A stretch of DNA of 63,992 nt, counting the filler, from an uncultured bacterium (GTDB lineage: Bacteria > Auribacterota > CAZIXI01), in assembly GCA_964543115.1 (NCBI GenBank). It is 7 parts of 7 records of this genome, joined end to end, with 100 filler letters (N's around TTAATTAATTAA, not from the genome) between each part and the next. Parts side by side here need not be neighbours in the genome. Positions count along the whole stretch, not along the records: positions 60,011 to 63,992 come from CAZIXI010000295.1; 6 more parts are not named here. One strand, given 5' to 3'. Every line of letters begins with the position of its first letter. Within the stretch, counting starts at the first letter, position 1. Below are positions 61,661 to 63,992 of this stretch, one piece after another. Made by a program: the position numbers and the translations under genes. The notes beneath the pieces are model-generated. The model was not told the DNA's origin, did no database searches, and was given only the letters and a program-made list of their open reading frames with translations.

Positions 61661-63992
61661 ATGACTAATCTGCTTAATATTACTTGGATGAGATTGCTAT
61701 GTAAGGCAATTTCCATTCTTTGTAGTTTCACCTTGGTTTACGGTAATGTATACGCCGTGGGCCTGGGTGAATTGCTGCTTCTCAAAAACATGCCTGTTAA
61801 GAACCAACCAGAAATACTTTCCTTTGCTGATGGAAACGTCGAAGAACAAGATCAGCCCAAGGCCAGAATGGATTTTGGCAGTCAAGAGGGTAAATCCCGG
61901 GCCGGTAAGCCGGAATTTCGTGGTGGCCGCTCATTGGAGGAAATGAAGCAGAGAGAAGCCAAAGAGAAGTTCATGATCAAGAAACTCAAAGAAATCGAAA
62001 ATGCCCGGAAGCGTAAACCAACAAAACCAATCCAGGATGGGGGCGCGCGTGCGGAGAAAGAGGCGCGTGACCTTAACCGCCAGATTGAGCAGAACCAGGC
62101 CAAGCGCATGCGGGATATCCGGTTCATGAACCAATACGCGCAGAAAGTGAAAAAATGGGCGGGACTGGGCACCAGATATATTATCAGCAAGGCAAAAAAT
62201 GGCCTGCGTAACGTTACCTGGTTAAAGGGCGGCGATACAATAGCACGGCTCACCAAGAGTAAGGACCGCCGGGGAAAGGTCACTACCAGCATCACCTTTG
62301 ATATGAAATATGACAAAGAGAGCCAGGAAGGCGAATCACTGCTTACCCAGTATAAAACTTTAACAGAGAAGGTAGTGGACGGCAAGGCTGTCTGGACGTT
62401 GAATTCGGTTGACGATATAAATTATTATACTGATGGTGACCAGAAGCTTAATAAAAATATGCTTTCCGGGGAAATGAAAGACTATCATGAGAGTACCTTA
62501 AGTGTAGAAGCAGCGGCGCAGTTTGCCGATTGGGAGAATTTTACCAACCGTGACCAGCAATCGCTGGTTTATAATTCCATTGAGCCTGATTTTAATAATT
62601 ACAAGAATACCGATACCTTAATAACCGATACCTGGCACGAGAAGATTCTTTACGGTTCAGAGGAAGACGGCATCGCCTATGGGGAAAAGGTATCCGAAGA
62701 GATGAAGGTAACAGACACCACCGGGCGTGAGGAAACCATTAAACGGGAAGACATAGAATACGAGGAAATAGAGAAGCTGGAATGGGAAAAGGATGAGAAG
62801 AGCGAATATGAGCATCATAAACTGCTGAAAGACTGGGAGAATCCGGATGTTTATAAGCTGCAGAAACAGTATCATGAAACCCGGGAGAGTATGGGAGTGG
62901 TTGATGACACCTATGTCTGGGGCATAGAGTATAACGAATATCTGGAAGTGAGTGAGAAACAGACCCTGACCAAAAGCGGTGAGTACCAGATAAGATACGA
63001 GCACATGAAAAACACGGAATACGATGAATACGGCCGGATGACCTATTACGAAACAGAGAGCAATACTAACGGCGTACCCAGCAGCAGCCAGAAATGGATC
63101 GAGCAATATGATATCTTCGGGCGCGTAGTTAGTTCCTATGAAATCACCGATAGCAGTAATATCCTTACCAAGATCCGCACCCACAAAATCGAATACAATA
63201 ACCTCTGGCAGGCAGTTTATACCGGTAAAACCATCGATGAAGACGGGCTGCTCACTGATGTGGAAGAATGGCTGACCTATAACGATATCGGGCTAATGGC
63301 CAGCAGCCTGTCAGTATCCACCTCAGAAGGAGTAACCACCACCACACAAACCTCATATCTCTATAACGAAAATGGCCTGGTAAATGATATGACCCAGCTC
63401 ACACTTAAAGAAGGCAGCTTTGTTGATGATTCCGGCACACGTAAAGATGTGCGGGAACAGATCTATCTACACAAGACAAATATGATCTATGATGCCGGCT
63501 TCCGCCTGATCAGTTATGACCAGATAAGCTTTTCACTGGAAGGTGAAGGCGAATTGCCTATTGGCCAGCTGCAGGGCATGGAGACAATGTTATTGGACAG
63601 CCTGGAATATGAAGGCGGACTGGAGTATAACGGAAAAGACATTGATTTAGAGGGATTGGAAGACCTGATTATTGATATTGTGAAGAAACGCAACATTCAG
63701 TACGGCGCCATTCCGGATATCAGAAACGGCGCGCATGCCCAGGAATACAAGATTGGTCCGGGCATGGGGCAGGAGATTGCCTATGACCAGGCCTCCCGCA
63801 GTGTTGGCCGCTACTGGGGCGCGGAACCGGTGCTGGATGATAATGGTGAGCACCAGTTTGATGAATTGGGTGATCTGATCACGGAAGAAAAATGGATCGA
63901 GATGGATAAAATCAACATTTCGCAGGTAGAGATCCTGGCCTTTAACGCTGATGGTACGGCGGCCAGTGAGAAACGCAAAGAAACCTCTAATG
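61661..63992 (+). CDS. Large exported protein with YD/RHS-like repeats, open at the window end; absent from the supplied ORF track
   Basis: Hand translation gives 777 stop-free codons from ATG 61661 (after AGGGGG): signal peptide MTNLLNITWMRLLCKAISILCSFTLVYGNVYA, charged helical region, then YDEYGRMTYY, YDIFGRVVSSY, YNDIGLMAS, YNENGLVN, YDAGFRLISY (63020-63520). Confidence 0.9.
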   Translation, partial: MTNLLNITWMRLLCKAISILCSFTLVYGNVYAVGLGELLLLKNMPVKNQPEILSFADGNVEEQDQPKARMDFGSQEGKSRAGKPEFRGGRSLEEMKQREAKEKFMIKKLKEIENARKRKPTKPIQDGGARAEKEARDLNRQIEQNQAKRMRDIRFMNQYAQKVKKWAGLGTRYIISKAKNGLRNVTWLKGGDTIARLTKSKDRRGKVTTSITFDMKYDKESQEGESLLTQYKTLTEKVVDGKAVWTLNSVDDINYYTDGDQKLNKNMLSGEMKDYHESTLSVEAAAQFADWENFTNRDQQSLVYNSIEPDFNNYKNTDTLITDTWHEKILYGSEEDGIAYGEKVSEEMKVTDTTGREETIKREDIEYEEIEKLEWEKDEKSEYEHHKLLKDWENPDVYKLQKQYHETRESMGVVDDTYVWGIEYNEYLEVSEKQTLTKSGEYQIRYEHMKNTEYDEYGRMTYYETESNTNGVPSSSQKWIEQYDIFGRVVSSYEITDSSNILTKIRTHKIEYNNLWQAVYTGKTIDEDGLLTDVEEWLTYNDIGLMASSLSVSTSEGVTTTTQTSYLYNENGLVNDMTQLTLKEGSFVDDSGTRKDVREQIYLHKTNMIYDAGFRLISYDQISFSLEGEGELPIGQLQGMETMLLDSLEYEGGLEYNGKDIDLEGLEDLIIDIVKKRNIQYGAIPDIRNGAHAQEYKIGPGMGQEIAYDQASRSVGRYWGAEPVLDDNGEHQFDELGDLITEEKWIEMDKINISQVEILAFNADGTAASEKRKETSN

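Noticed and set aside
61882..63853. Minus-strand ORFs (167, 175, 60, 68 aa)
   Set aside because: Antisense shadows of the long + strand ORF starting at 61661
1..63992. CRISPR arrays, rRNA, tRNA, intact transposase/integrase or prophage genes
   Set aside because: No regularly spaced direct repeats, cloverleaf, rRNA-like segment or intact recombinase seen by eye
1..63992. Alternative genetic code with TGA as a sense codon
   Set aside because: Several clear genes end in TGA followed by an RBS or coupled start (5085, 9062, 21013, 26895), and multi-kb ORFs are free of TGA

Overview
This window is not one locus. It is seven assembly contigs of about 10 kb joined by 100-nt linkers (N44-TTAATTAATTAA-N44) and ordered by decreasing length, as expected for a concatenated MAG or SAG, so adjacency across a linker means nothing. 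The organism is a diderm bacterium (TolC, TonB-ExbBD, an outer-membrane beta-barrel, lipoproteins). It carries at least six fragments of giant modular proteins of the kind reported from Omnitrophota and related candidate phyla (taxonomy is inference). These are a tandem Ser/Thr kinase protein; a >3300-aa HEAT/zincin/vWA/double-AAA+ protein; a signal-peptide protein with a Tiki/TraB-like domain and a B12-binding domain; a >2100-aa signal-peptide protein fusing a P-loop kinase, an MBL hydrolase, two cNMP domains and a B12 radical SAM; a >3250-aa protein with repeated HTH-like modules; and an ORF missing from the supplied track (61661 to window end) with YD-like repeats. The strongest regulatory finding lies upstream of that last ORF: a consensus sigma54 promoter, then a c-di-GMP-I (GEMM) riboswitch whose 3' strand overlaps an intrinsic terminator (predicted ON switch). 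A second giant gene has a terminator-containing leader of no class I recognise, and a third appears to be leaderless. Ordinary content includes an ABC-2 efflux operon, a galT-GH57-GH57 cluster, tonB-exbBD with a REP/RPE-like palindrome, ppiC, a HAD hydrolase and an arylsulfatase.
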